A stretch of DNA of 54,709 nt from Minisyncoccota bacterium (GTDB taxonomy: Bacteria; Patescibacteriota; Minisyncoccia; Phycocordibacterales; UBA6065), in the NCBI GenBank assembly GCA_035545915.1, contig DASZXL010000002.1, positions 1 to 54,709 on the forward strand, in the 5' to 3' direction. Made by a program: the position numbers and the translations under genes. Below are positions 8,501-17,974 of the stretch, piece after piece; positions within the stretch are counted from its first letter, which is position 1; each line of letters begins with the position of its first letter. The notes under the pieces are model-generated. The model did not search any database. It was given only the letters and a program-made list of their open reading frames with translations, and was not told the origin of the DNA.

Positions 8501-9634
8501 ATGGCCATTTCTTTTCTCAAAGGTCTCTTTTCCGGGCTCGCGAAGACCGGCGGGCAGAGCGTCGTCGGCATCGATATCGGCTCTTCGTCGATAAAGGTCG
8601 TCCAGCTCCGCAAAAAAGGAGGCAAGGCGACTCTCGAAACCTACGGTGAGCTCGCTCTTGGCCCCTATGCCGGCGTCGAGATCGGTCGCGCCACGAATCT
8701 GCCGAACGACAAGATCGTCGAAGCCCTTCGCGATCTTCTTCGCGAATCGAACGTGACGACGAAATCCTGCGGCATATCGATCGCGGCGTCGGCGAGCCTC
8801 CTTTCGTTCATAAAGATGCCCGAGATGGATCAGAAACAGCTCGCGACCATGATACCGATCGAGGCTCGAAAATATATTCCCGTGCCCATAGCCGAAGTTG
8901 CTCTCGACTGGTGGGTCATTCCAAAGGAAGAGAATTCTTTTTCTGAATTCGAGAAAGCTCCTGCGCCAGGCGACGCCCCGCGCGAAAAGGGCATCGATGT
9001 CCTCCTCGTCGTCATACACAATGACGTGCTCAATCGTCTCAATCAGATATCGGAGACGAGCCAGCTCGCGACGACCTTCTATGAGATCGAGATATTTAGC
9101 TCGATGCGATCGGTCGTCGAGCAAGGCCTCGAATCGGTCATGATATTCGATATGGGCGCGGGCTCGACCAAGCTCTATGTCATCGACCGCGGCATATTGC
9201 GCGCGTCGCACGCCATCAATCGCGGTTCGCAGGAGATCACGCTCGCGCTGTCGCGCTCGCTCGGCGCGTCGGTGGGCGACGCCGAGCATATAAAGAGGAC
9301 GATAGGCCTCTCTCCCGAGCCGGACAATAAGAACGTGAAGGAGGTCATATCGCTTAATCTCGACTATATATTCTCCGAGACCAATCGCGTCATCGGCAGC
9401 TACGAGCGCAAATACAATAAGACCATATCGAAGGTTATCCTCACGGGAGGAGGCGCTCTCCTCAAGGGCTTCCTCGATCTTGCCCGGTCCAAGTTCCAGA
9501 CCGAGGTCGTTCTCGGCGATCCGTTCGGAAAGACCGAGGCGCCGGCCTTTCTCGAGCCGGTCTTGCGCACCGCGGGCCCTGAATTCGCTGTCGCCATAGG
9601 CATAGCGCTCCGAAAGCTCCAGGAATCGGAATAA
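8501..9634 (+). CDS. pilM: type IV pilus assembly protein PilM (actin-like ATPase fold)
   Basis: VVGIDIGSSSIKVVQL phosphate-1 motif, FDMGAGSTKL, ILTGGGALLKG. First gene of the pilus operon. Confidence 0.88.
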   Translation: MAISFLKGLFSGLAKTGGQSVVGIDIGSSSIKVVQLRKKGGKATLETYGELALGPYAGVEIGRATNLPNDKIVEALRDLLRESNVTTKSCGISIAASASLLSFIKMPEMDQKQLATMIPIEARKYIPVPIAEVALDWWVIPKEENSFSEFEKAPAPGDAPREKGIDVLLVVIHNDVLNRLNQISETSQLATTFYEIEIFSSMRSVVEQGLESVMIFDMGAGSTKLYVIDRGILRASHAINRGSQEITLALSRSLGASVGDAEHIKRTIGLSPEPDNKNVKEVISLNLDYIFSETNRVIGSYERKYNKTISKVILTGGGALLKGFLDLARSKFQTEVVLGDPFGKTEAPAFLEPVLRTAGPEFAVAIGIALRKLQESE

Positions 9635-9674
9635 TGGGGATAGCGGGTGGGGAGCGCGTAGTATACTTAACTCG

Positions 9675-10316
9675 ATGGATCCCCAATTCCGTACATCTTT
9701 TATACCCAAGAAGCCTGTCGTCGGCGTTCCGATGCGCTCGACATCGTCTATCGGCCTCTTTTCTCTTCTCGCGACGGTGCTTTTCATCGTGACCATCGCC
9801 CTCTCGGGCGGCGTGTTCTTCTACCAGAGGATACTCAATCAGCAGATCGATACGAGCAAGGCGTCTCTCGACCGGGCCCGCGGCGCCTTCGAGCCCGATA
9901 TCATCAATCAGATCATCCGCCTCGACACGAGGATAGAGACGGGTAAAAAGCTTCTTGCATCGCATCTCGCGGTGACGCCTTTCTTCGACTTCCTCTCGAG
10001 CGTCACGCTCAAATCGGTCCGCTTCAAGGATTTCAACTTCTCATATATAGGTCCGGACAAGATCGTGGTCCTCATGAAAGGGCAGGCGACGAGCTATGCC
10101 GCCGTCGCTCTCGAGGCCGATCTCCTCAGTTCCCAGAAGAAACTCTCGAACACGATCATATCGGATCTCGCCCTCGACCCGCAGGGTACAGTGTCGTTCA
10201 GCGTATCGACCGTCCTCGATCCGAGCCTCGTCTCGTTCTCGTCTATCGCCTCGGCGCAGCCTATAGAGGCCGCTCCGGCTTCGACGGCCACGACGTCTAA
10301 CGCAACCGCGCAATGA
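9675..10316 (+). CDS. PilN-like bitopic pilus assembly protein
   Basis: Short cytoplasmic N-terminus, a single TM segment (LFSLLATVLFIVTIALSGGVFFY), a coiled coil and an alpha/beta domain. Sits directly after pilM. Confidence 0.55.
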   Translation: MDPQFRTSFIPKKPVVGVPMRSTSSIGLFSLLATVLFIVTIALSGGVFFYQRILNQQIDTSKASLDRARGAFEPDIINQIIRLDTRIETGKKLLASHLAVTPFFDFLSSVTLKSVRFKDFNFSYIGPDKIVVLMKGQATSYAAVALEADLLSSQKKLSNTIISDLALDPQGTVSFSVSTVLDPSLVSFSSIASAQPIEAAPASTATTSNATAQ

Positions 10317-10846
10317 GCAATATCATATCCATCATCCTCATAGTCGCATCCTTCGGCCTCTTTTTCGGCTATATCGATCCCGCCTATACGAAGGTTCAGA
10401 GTCTTCGCATCGATAAGGCGGACTACGACAAGGCCCTCAGTAATTCCAAGGAGCTCCAGGCCGAGAGGGACAAGCTCCTCGAGAAGTTCAATCAGATGGA
10501 CAAGTCCGATCTCGATAAGCTCACCAAGCTTCTCCCGGACCATATCGACAATATCCGCCTCATAATCGACATAGACAATATGGCGAGGACGTACGGCATG
10601 AGGATCAGGAACTTCAAGACCGATACCGGCGCGAAGACCGACACTATCGGCAAGGACGTGACGCCGTACGGCACCCTCACCCTCACCTTCACGACGACGG
10701 CGCCGTACAATACGTATCTGGCGTTTCTCCACGACCTGGAGAAGAGCCTCCGCGTCATCGACGTGACGGCGGCCCAGTTCTCGGCGAACGATACGAACCA
10801 GCTCTACGATTACAACGTGACGGTGAAGACCTATTGGCTCAAATAA
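10313..10846 (+). CDS. PilO-like bitopic pilus assembly protein
   Basis: N-terminal TM segment, coiled coil (QAERDKLLEKFNQ) and a C-terminal ferredoxin-like region. 4-nt overlap with the upstream gene. Confidence 0.55.
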   Translation: MSNIISIILIVASFGLFFGYIDPAYTKVQSLRIDKADYDKALSNSKELQAERDKLLEKFNQMDKSDLDKLTKLLPDHIDNIRLIIDIDNMARTYGMRIRNFKTDTGAKTDTIGKDVTPYGTLTLTFTTTAPYNTYLAFLHDLEKSLRVIDVTAAQFSANDTNQLYDYNVTVKTYWLK

Positions 10847-10847
10847 T

Positions 10848-11186
10848 ATGAAAGAACGCTCTAATTTGAGGAATATCATCATAGCCGCCGCGCTCATCAT
10901 CGCGGTCGGCGTCGCGGGCTATCTTTACACCACCCGAGACCGATCGGCCGACGAGCTTCTGGTCGAGGATTTCATAGCGACGTCGACGAACTCCGTCGAC
11001 AGCGACCTTCTCGCGACCTTGCGCCAGCTCCGGAAGCTCAAGCTCGACGACTCTATCTTTACGAGCGCTGCGTGGCTCTCTCTCACCGATTTCGGGAAGG
11101 TCATTCCGCCGCAACAGCCGGGCAGGTCGAATCCGTTCGCGCCTCTCGACGCGTCTTCCTTCGCGGCTACGTCCACGGCCCAGTAG
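10848..11186 (+). CDS. small bitopic membrane protein in pilus operon (hypothetical)
   Basis: 112 aa with TM segment IIIAAALIIAVGVAGYLY. Tightly packed between the pilO-like gene and pilB. Confidence 0.5.
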   Translation: MKERSNLRNIIIAAALIIAVGVAGYLYTTRDRSADELLVEDFIATSTNSVDSDLLATLRQLRKLKLDDSIFTSAAWLSLTDFGKVIPPQQPGRSNPFAPLDASSFAATSTAQ

Positions 11187-11210
11187 CGCGGGCGTAAAAA
11201 CCGATATCGC

Positions 11211-12917
11211 ATGAGCGTACTCGATATACTCGTAAACAATAAGGTCATACAGGAGAAGGAGGCCGCATCGGCTTCGGAGGAGGCGCGCATGACCGGCGCT
11301 CCGATAGAAGCCGTGCTCAAAAAGAAGGGCGTCTCCGAGGATGCTCTCCTCCAGGCCAAGGGCGAATACCTCGGCGTTCCGGTGAGGGCTCTGAAGGATC
11401 AGACCATACCCTTCGACATACTCAAATTCATCCCTGAGGAATCGGCGACTCACTATCGCTTCGTGCCGGTCGCCGTCAAAAACAACGTGCTTGAGGTCGG
11501 CGTCGTCGACCCTGACGATATCGAGGCTCGCGATGCGCTCAATTTCATCGCGACCAAGGTCAACATGCCCTTCAAGGTCTTCCTCATATCCGAGGAGGAC
11601 TTCAAGTCCGCTCTCACTCTGTATAAGGGCCTGTCGGGCGAGGTTACCAAGGCTCTCTCCGAGCTTGAGACGGATATAGCCGACATCGACGGCGATGCGG
11701 GCGATGACGAGGCTCCGTCGAAAGGGGAGACGCGCATCATCGAAGACGCTCCGGTCACCAAGATCGTGGCGACCATGCTCCGCTATGCCGTCGAAGGCAA
11801 TGCGTCCGATATCCACGTAGAACGTCTCTCCGATAAGATCCGCGTCCGCTTCCGCGTCGATGGCGACCTTCACACGTCCCTTGTCCTCCCGGTGAAGGTC
11901 CATGACGCCGTCGTCGCCCGCATCAAGATCCTCTCGAACATGAAGCTCGACGAGAAGCGCAAGCCGCAGGACGGGCGCTTCTCGGCGCGCATCGAAGGGC
12001 GCAAGGTCGACTTCCGCGTATCGACCTTCCCGGCGTATTACGGCGAAAAGGTGGTGATGCGTATCCTCGATCAGGAAAGGGGCGTCAAATCGCTTGACGA
12101 CATCGGCTTCTCCGAGAGGAACCTCACCGCCATCAGGAAGGCTATGAAGCTCCCGTACGGGCTCATCCTCATATCCGGCCCGACCGGCTCCGGTAAATCG
12201 ACGACGCTCTATGCGATGCTCAATGAGATCAACGATGAATCCAAGAACGTGCTCTCGCTCGAGGATCCGATCGAATACAACATGGAGGGCGTGTCGCAGT
12301 CGCAGGTCAGGCCCGAGATCGGCTACACGTTCGCATCGGGCCTCCGTACGACGCTCCGTCAGGATCCTGACATCATCATGGTGGGCGAGATCCGCGACAA
12401 AGAGACGGCGCAGCTCGCCATCCAGGCCGCTCTCACCGGTCACCTCGTGCTCTCGACCATTCACACCAATACGGCTATCGGCGTCATCCCACGCCTCATC
12501 GACATGGGCGTCGATCCGTACCTCATCGCGCCGACCCTCGCTCTCGCCATGGCCCAGCGACTTTCGTCCCGCATATGTGAGGGGGGCAAGGAGGTCCCTG
12601 TAGAGGGCTCTATCGACATGATGATAGAGAAGCAATTCGCGGACCTCCCGGCTCAATTTAAGAAAGAGGTCGTCAAACCGAAGGTCGTTCATGAGGCGCA
12701 GGCATCGGCGGTATGCCCGAACGGCGTCCGCGGCCGCGTCGCCGTCGCCGAAGTGGTTGAGATGGATCATGAATTGGAGCGCGCGATACTTTCAAATGCG
12801 ACGGAGGACGCCATATACAAGCTCGCCCGCGCCAAAGGTATGCTTACCATGAAGGAGGACGCCATGCTCAAGGCCTTCAAGGGCGATATACCATGGAGCG
12901 AGGTGAATAAGCTCTAA
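11211..12917 (+). CDS. pilB: type IV pilus assembly (extension) ATPase PilB/GspE
   Basis: N-terminal GSPII/MshEN-like domain, Walker A GPTGSGKSTT, Walker B DPDIIMVGEIRD, His box TGHLVLSTIHTN. Confidence 0.92.
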   Translation: MSVLDILVNNKVIQEKEAASASEEARMTGAPIEAVLKKKGVSEDALLQAKGEYLGVPVRALKDQTIPFDILKFIPEESATHYRFVPVAVKNNVLEVGVVDPDDIEARDALNFIATKVNMPFKVFLISEEDFKSALTLYKGLSGEVTKALSELETDIADIDGDAGDDEAPSKGETRIIEDAPVTKIVATMLRYAVEGNASDIHVERLSDKIRVRFRVDGDLHTSLVLPVKVHDAVVARIKILSNMKLDEKRKPQDGRFSARIEGRKVDFRVSTFPAYYGEKVVMRILDQERGVKSLDDIGFSERNLTAIRKAMKLPYGLILISGPTGSGKSTTLYAMLNEINDESKNVLSLEDPIEYNMEGVSQSQVRPEIGYTFASGLRTTLRQDPDIIMVGEIRDKETAQLAIQAALTGHLVLSTIHTNTAIGVIPRLIDMGVDPYLIAPTLALAMAQRLSSRICEGGKEVPVEGSIDMMIEKQFADLPAQFKKEVVKPKVVHEAQASAVCPNGVRGRVAVAEVVEMDHELERAILSNATEDAIYKLARAKGMLTMKEDAMLKAFKGDIPWSEVNKL

Positions 12918-12920
12918 AGA

Positions 12921-12946
12921 TTCTGGTATATAATTCTGGTATATAA
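12921..12946 (+). repeat. perfect tandem duplication of a 13-bp unit TTCTGGTATATAA (two stacked -10-like boxes)
   Basis: Unit at 12921-12933 repeated at 12934-12946. TATAAT at 12929-12934 and 12942-12947. The second box ends 6 nt before ATG 12954. Confidence 0.8.
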
Positions 12947-12953
12947 TATCCGC

Positions 12954-13370
12954 ATGCCACCAGCAGCAAACATTCCGAAGAAGAACGTCAAAGTGCTCAT
13001 CGTCGACGACGATAAATTCCTCCTGGGCATGTACTCGCTCAAATTCGCCAATAACGGATACGATGTCGACACCGCGGTCGGATCGCAGGCTGCATATGAC
13101 AAGCTCAAGGCCGGCTTCAAGCCCGACATCATGCTCCTCGACATCGTCATGCCGTACATGGACGGCCTCGAGCTCCTGAAGAAGGTTCGCGACGAGAAGC
13201 TCGCCGAGAGCTCTATCGTTGTCATGCTCACGAATCAGAGTCAGTCGTCCGACATCGAGCGCGCCAAGGAGCTCGGCGTCGACGGCTATATCGTGAAGGC
13301 CGCCACTATCCCGTCCGAAGTCCTGCACGAAGTCGAGAAGATATATTCGGTGAAGAAAGGGAAAGCATAA
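12954..13370 (+). CDS. stand-alone response-regulator receiver domain (CheY/PilH-like)
   Basis: VLIVDDD, phospho-acceptor context DIMLLDIVMPYMDG, VVMLTNQ, DGYIVKA. No output domain. Confidence 0.85.
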   Translation: MPPAANIPKKNVKVLIVDDDKFLLGMYSLKFANNGYDVDTAVGSQAAYDKLKAGFKPDIMLLDIVMPYMDGLELLKKVRDEKLAESSIVVMLTNQSQSSDIERAKELGVDGYIVKAATIPSEVLHEVEKIYSVKKGKA

Positions 13371-13374
13371 TCCA

Positions 13375-13386
13375 GGGCACGTGCCC
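13375..13386. promoter_or_regulatory. perfect 12-bp palindrome GGGCACGTGCCC between the receiver gene and pilT
   Basis: Read directly from the sequence. Lies 5 nt after the stop and 6 nt before ATG 13392. Confidence 0.3.
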
Positions 13387-13391
13387 GAACT

Positions 13392-14459
13392 ATGGCCTCA
13401 GACTATAAAAAAGAATTCGAAGAGCTGGTAGAGACGGTAATGAAGGAAGCGGCGTCCGACCTACACCTCTCCGTGGGTCGCTATCCGACCGTGCGCGTGA
13501 ACGGCTTCCTCATCCCGCTCATGAATCGCAAAGTCCTGACCAAAGAAGACCTCTCCGGCTTCGTCGGCGTGGTCCTTTCGTCCGAGGATCAGGAACTCTT
13601 TCAGAGGAATAAAGAGATAGACTTCTCGTATAATCACCACGATGAGTCCCGTTTCCGCGGCAACGGCTATTTCCAGCAGGGGAACATCTCCTTCGCGTTC
13701 CGCCTCATCCCGAAAAAGATCCGATCGTTCAGCGAGCTTAATCTGCCGCCGATACTCGAGACCTTCTGCGAGAGACAGCAGGGCTTCTTTCTTGTCGTAG
13801 GGCCTGTCGGCCACGGCAAGACCACGACCCTCGCCGCCATGGTCGAATGCATCAACGAGCGCCGGGCCGAGCACATCATCACCATCGAGGATCCCGTCGA
13901 ATACGTGTATGAGCAGAAGAAGTCCATGATCGACCAGCGCGAGGTGCGCATCGACACGGTCGACTTCGCGTCCGCGCTCCGTTCCGTCTTCCGCGAGGAC
14001 GTCGACGTCATACTCATAGGCGAGATGCGAGGAATCGACACTATGGCGACGGCCGTGACCGCCGCGGAAACGGGCCATCTCGTCCTGTCGACCCTTCATA
14101 CCAATAACGCCGCCCAGACGATCAACCGCATCATCGATTCGTTCCCGGGCACCCAGCAGGATCAGATCCGCATCCAGCTCGCCACGACGCTCTCGGGCAT
14201 ATTCTCCCAGCGCCTCGTCCCGTCGATATCCGGCGGTCTCGTGCCGGCCTACGAGCTCCTTATATCGACGCCTGCGGTTCAGAACCTTATCCGCGAAAAG
14301 CGCGTCCACGAGATAAACACCGTCATCGAGACCGGTATCGATCAGGGAATGATAGACATGAACAGGTCCCTGGCCGAGCTCGTCCGAAAGGGTGAGATAA
14401 CCGCGGAGAATGCCTATCTCTATTCGCCGAATCCGAGGATCCTCGAAAGGCTCATGTAA
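13392..14459 (+). CDS. pilT: twitching motility (retraction) ATPase PilT
   Basis: 355 aa. Walker A GPVGHGKTTT, Walker B DVDVILIGEMRG, His box ETGHLVLSTLHTN. Confidence 0.92.
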   Translation: MASDYKKEFEELVETVMKEAASDLHLSVGRYPTVRVNGFLIPLMNRKVLTKEDLSGFVGVVLSSEDQELFQRNKEIDFSYNHHDESRFRGNGYFQQGNISFAFRLIPKKIRSFSELNLPPILETFCERQQGFFLVVGPVGHGKTTTLAAMVECINERRAEHIITIEDPVEYVYEQKKSMIDQREVRIDTVDFASALRSVFREDVDVILIGEMRGIDTMATAVTAAETGHLVLSTLHTNNAAQTINRIIDSFPGTQQDQIRIQLATTLSGIFSQRLVPSISGGLVPAYELLISTPAVQNLIREKRVHEINTVIETGIDQGMIDMNRSLAELVRKGEITAENAYLYSPNPRILERLM

Positions 14460-14465
14460 ACCGAT

Positions 14466-15677
14466 ATGCTCTTCAATTACACAGCGATAGACGATAAGGG
14501 AGCAGAGGCAAAGGGATCGATCGATGCCGTATCTCTCGACGTGGCCATATCGTCGCTTCAGCGCCGCGGCCTCGTCATAAAGGACGTCGCTCCGGCGGGG
14601 AAGGAAGGGTCGTTTTTCGGCCGCGATATAGCGTTCTTCTCCGGCGTCTCGAACAAAGAGGTCGTCGTTCTCTCGCGTCAGCTCGCGACCTTGTTCGAGG
14701 CGCAGGTGTCCGCGCTCCGCGTCTTCCGCCTCATCGGCTCCGAAACCGAAAATCGCACCCTCGGCCGCGCCCTGACCGAGATCGCCGACGATCTCCAGGC
14801 GGGCTCTTCTATATCCAAAGCCCTCGCCAAGCACCCGAAGATATTCGACGACTTCTACGTGAACATGGTCCGTTCGGGCGAGGAGTCAGGTAAGCTCGAC
14901 GAGGTCTTCATATTCCTTGCCGAGCATCTCGACCGCTCCTACGAGGTGAACTCGAAGGCGCGAAACGCTCTGATATACCCGGCATTCGTCATCTTCACCT
15001 TCGTGACCGTCATGGTCCTCATGCTCACCGTCGTCATCCCGAAGATAAGTACGATACTCACCGAATCCGGACAGGCGGTGCCTATATATACCAAGATCGT
15101 CATCGGCTTCTCGAACTTGCTCGTCACCTACGGCATATTCTTCTTCGTCGCCGTCATCATCGGCGGCTTCTTCCTGTATCGCTTCCTGCGCACGCCCGCA
15201 GGCAAGACCGCCCTCGACAGCGCCAAGATAGAGATGCCGTTCGTCAAGAATCTCTATCAGAAGCTCTATCTCTCGCGCATATCGGACAATATGAACACCA
15301 TGCTCGTATCCGGCATACCGATGGTCCGCGCCCTCGAGCTTACGGCTGACGTTGTGGGAAACGAAGTCTATAAAGGAGTCCTCATGGGCGCGACGGAGGA
15401 TGTGAAGGGAGGCAAATCGGTATCCGACGCCCTCGCCAATAAGCGCATCATACCAGGCATCATGATCCAGATGATTAAGGTCGGCGAGGAATCGGGCGAA
15501 TTAGGGAAGATCTTGAAGACCTTGTCCGTATTCTACAGCCGCGAGGTGGTGAATGCCGTCGATACGCTGGTCGACCTCATCGAGCCTGCCATGATCGTGC
15601 TTTTGGGCCTCGGCGTAGGCTTCCTCTTGGCCTCTGTTCTCATCCCTATATACAACATTTCCTCGAATATCTCGTAG
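14466..15677 (+). CDS. pilC: type IV pilus platform protein PilC/GspF
   Basis: 403 aa with duplicated GspF-type cytoplasmic domains and 3 TM segments. Ends in VLLGLGVGFLLASVLIPIY. Confidence 0.9.
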   Translation: MLFNYTAIDDKGAEAKGSIDAVSLDVAISSLQRRGLVIKDVAPAGKEGSFFGRDIAFFSGVSNKEVVVLSRQLATLFEAQVSALRVFRLIGSETENRTLGRALTEIADDLQAGSSISKALAKHPKIFDDFYVNMVRSGEESGKLDEVFIFLAEHLDRSYEVNSKARNALIYPAFVIFTFVTVMVLMLTVVIPKISTILTESGQAVPIYTKIVIGFSNLLVTYGIFFFVAVIIGGFFLYRFLRTPAGKTALDSAKIEMPFVKNLYQKLYLSRISDNMNTMLVSGIPMVRALELTADVVGNEVYKGVLMGATEDVKGGKSVSDALANKRIIPGIMIQMIKVGEESGELGKILKTLSVFYSREVVNAVDTLVDLIEPAMIVLLGLGVGFLLASVLIPIYNISSNIS

Positions 15678-15698
15678 AATCGTTATCCCCACGACCTA

Positions 15699-15728
15699 TT
15701 AGGCGTGAAAAAAAGCGTTTTGTATAAT
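15699..15728 (+). promoter_or_regulatory. putative sigma70-type promoter for the pilin genes (TTAGGC-18 nt-TATAAT)
   Basis: Hexamers at 15699-15704 and 15723-15728, ~47 nt upstream of ATG 15775. Confidence 0.35.
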
Positions 15729-15774
15729 AGGGAGGCTTCATTAGCAGGATTATCAGATCACTTTTAGAAAGATT

Positions 15775-16242
15775 ATGAATAGGACCAAGGGTTTCACCCT
15801 CATCGAACTCCTCGTCGTTATCGCCATCATCGGCATCCTCTCGTCTGTCGTTCTCGCGTCTCTCAACACGGCTCGAGGCAAGGGCTCTGATGCGGCGATC
15901 AAGTCCCAGCTCGCGTCGATTCGACCGCAGGCTGAGATCTACTACGATACTAACGGCAACTATGGCGCTGCGGCGGCAGCGGCTAACGCTGCCCAGTGTA
16001 CGGTATCGGGCACGTTCTTCCAGGCAGACACGACCGCTCGAAACCAGATCGCCGGCGTGCAGAACAGCGCGGGCTCGGCTAACGTTATCTGCTCGACCAA
16101 CGCTAACCCTGCTACGGCATGGGCTATCGCGGCTCGCCTCGTATCGAACACCGGCCTCGCATGGTGCGTAGACTCGACGGGCGCTTCCAAGCAGTATACG
16201 GGCACGCCTGCGGCGGCTATAACGTCGTCGGCTTGTAACTAG
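15775..16242 (+). CDS. type IV pilin (class III signal peptide)
   Basis: MNRTKG|FTLIELLVVIAIIGILSS prepilin motif with Glu+5. C-terminal Cys pair. Confidence 0.9.
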   Translation: MNRTKGFTLIELLVVIAIIGILSSVVLASLNTARGKGSDAAIKSQLASIRPQAEIYYDTNGNYGAAAAAANAAQCTVSGTFFQADTTARNQIAGVQNSAGSANVICSTNANPATAWAIAARLVSNTGLAWCVDSTGASKQYTGTPAAAITSSACN

Positions 16243-16266
16243 CCTTGTAGCGACGCTTGTCGGTAC

Positions 16267-16300
16267 AAAGCCGCCCCTTTCGGAGCGGCTTTGTTTTGTT
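16267..16300 (+). terminator. intrinsic terminator after the first pilin gene
   Basis: aaagccgcccc-tttc-ggagcggcttt followed by gttttgtt. Confidence 0.7.
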
Positions 16301-16313
16301 TATAATAGAGCCC

Positions 16314-16745
16314 ATGAGAACAGGAAAAGGATTCACCCTCATCGAGCTCCTCGTCGTGATCTCGATCATATCGCTCCTTTCGTCCGTGGTCATATCGACG
16401 CTTTCTGCTGCGAGGACCAAAGGCGCCGACAGCGCCGTAAAGGCAGCGATGAAGGAGATGCATCCGCAGGCTCAGAATTATCTCGATTCAAATACCACCC
16501 TCGGTACGAGCATCACGGCCTGCACGTCAGGTGTCTTCACCGATACACAGTTCGCCGCTATTAGGGCGAATGCGCTCTCGAATGCCGCAGCCGGCGCGAC
16601 TATGAGCTGCGCCACCGACTCTAACGGCAGCAAATGGGCCGTCGGCATATCCGCATTGAAGGGCGGCGGCACATGGTGCACGGATAACAGCCAGGGCTGG
16701 TTCAAGCCCGGCACGGTCGACACGTCGAACGGCGTCTGCCAGTAG
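16314..16745 (+). CDS. type IV pilin (second paralogue)
   Basis: MRTGKG|FTLIELLVVISIISLLSS. Start moved to 16314 because the tracked start 16257 runs through the terminator. TATAAT at 16301-16306. Confidence 0.88.
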   Translation: MRTGKGFTLIELLVVISIISLLSSVVISTLSAARTKGADSAVKAAMKEMHPQAQNYLDSNTTLGTSITACTSGVFTDTQFAAIRANALSNAAAGATMSCATDSNGSKWAVGISALKGGGTWCTDNSQGWFKPGTVDTSNGVCQ

Positions 16746-16754
16746 CCGAATCCC

Positions 16755-17156
16755 ATGAGAACATCGCTTAAAAATCGAGCCTTTACCCTGGTCGAGATCC
16801 TTATCGTGCTCGGCATCATCGGCATCCTCTCCGCCATCGTCATCGATTCGACGACGACCTCTCGTGCCAAGGCTCGCGATACCCGCCGCATAGCCGATAT
16901 GAAGGAGATACAGATCGGCCTCGCGCTCTATTATGACGTGAACCGGGCGTACCCGGCCGCGCTCTCGACCTTGGCGACGCAGAAATATCTGCCGTCCATA
17001 CCGAACGATCCTCTCGGCTCCGCTTATGAATACACGCAAGGCGCGAATACGTATTGCATCGGCGTGACGCTTGAAGGCGCGGTACCTGACGATACCGCCG
17101 TATGCACGAGCGGCAGTCCGTCGACGGCGAACTACAAGGCGCTACCTCCGCAGTAG
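16755..17156 (+). CDS. type IV pilin / GspG-like pseudopilin (third paralogue)
   Basis: MRTSLKNRA|FTLVEILIVLGIIGILSAIV with Ala rather than Gly at -1. YLPSIPNDP resembles the GspG core. Confidence 0.82.
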   Translation: MRTSLKNRAFTLVEILIVLGIIGILSAIVIDSTTTSRAKARDTRRIADMKEIQIGLALYYDVNRAYPAALSTLATQKYLPSIPNDPLGSAYEYTQGANTYCIGVTLEGAVPDDTAVCTSGSPSTANYKALPPQ

Positions 17157-17157
17157 T

Positions 17158-17967
17158 ATGGAATACGTACCGCTTTTTGCGCTGTTCGCATTCGGCTCCA
17201 TCATCGGAAGTTTTCTCAATGTCGTCATATTGCGATTCAATACCGGAATGACGCTCGCGAAAGGGAGGTCGCGCTGCTTTTCCTGCGGCAAGGAGCTTTC
17301 ATGGTACGAGCTCATCCCGATCGTAAGCTATGTCATACAGGCGGGCTCGTGCAGGGAATGCGGATCAAAGATCTCCGCGCAGTATCCTCTTGTCGAGGCC
17401 GCGGGCGGTCTGGCCTTCGTCGCGGCGTATGTGATGACGCCCTCGGCATTCGCGAATGCGACGTCTCTCGGCATGTTCGTTCTCACGGCGGTATTGCTCT
17501 GCCTCTATGTCGTGATCGTGGTCTACGATATCCGGCACAAGATAATCCCTGACCTCTTCTCGTATCTCGCGGCATTCGCGGCCCTCGGTATGATAGGGAT
17601 CGATGCGCTCGCGACCGGCTCCATCGGTCCTCTACGCGTCGCGGGCGGCCCGGCGCTCTTCCTTTTCTTCTGGTTCTTCTGGAAAGTCTCGAAGGGTAGG
17701 TGGATGGGCCTCGGCGACGGCAAGCTAGCGCTCTCTATCGGCTGGGCATTGGGCCTCGTCTCGGGCTTGGCGGCCCTTTTGCTGTCGTTCTGGACAGGGG
17801 CTATCGCAGCGCTCGCCGTCATGGCGTGCCAAAGACTCTCGCGAAAGGGCGAGGGTATCGGCATGAAAAGCGAGATACCCTTCGGGCCGTTCCTCGTTGT
17901 CGGATTCCTTCTCGTATTTCTCGGATGTATAGATATGCAGTCTATATTGGCGCATTTGGCGCTATAA
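17158..17967 (+). CDS. pilD: prepilin peptidase (A24 family) PilD
   Basis: N-terminal Cys box CFSCGKEL...CRECGSKI. Catalytic Asp motifs VVYDIRHKIIPD and GLGDGKLAL. Start moved to ATG 17158 (MEYVPLF). Confidence 0.88.
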   Translation: MEYVPLFALFAFGSIIGSFLNVVILRFNTGMTLAKGRSRCFSCGKELSWYELIPIVSYVIQAGSCRECGSKISAQYPLVEAAGGLAFVAAYVMTPSAFANATSLGMFVLTAVLLCLYVVIVVYDIRHKIIPDLFSYLAAFAALGMIGIDALATGSIGPLRVAGGPALFLFFWFFWKVSKGRWMGLGDGKLALSIGWALGLVSGLAALLLSFWTGAIAALAVMACQRLSRKGEGIGMKSEIPFGPFLVVGFLLVFLGCIDMQSILAHLAL

Positions 17968-17974
17968 TAGGTGC

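Noticed and set aside
10839-12770. 643-aa ORF antisense to pilB. Similar long antisense ORFs occur at 8486-9796 (versus pilM), 13461-14834 (versus pilT and pilC), 28128-29474 (versus gatA), 35511-36773, 49356-50615 and 6018-6836.
   Set aside because: Each lies fully inside a sense gene that has unmistakable conserved motifs. Their products are low-complexity and rich in Arg, Asp, Glu and Leu, with no motifs. The sense codon usage (CTC, TCG, GAC, few TTA/CTA/TCA) removes stop codons from the opposite frame. This is a compositional artefact, not overlapping genes.
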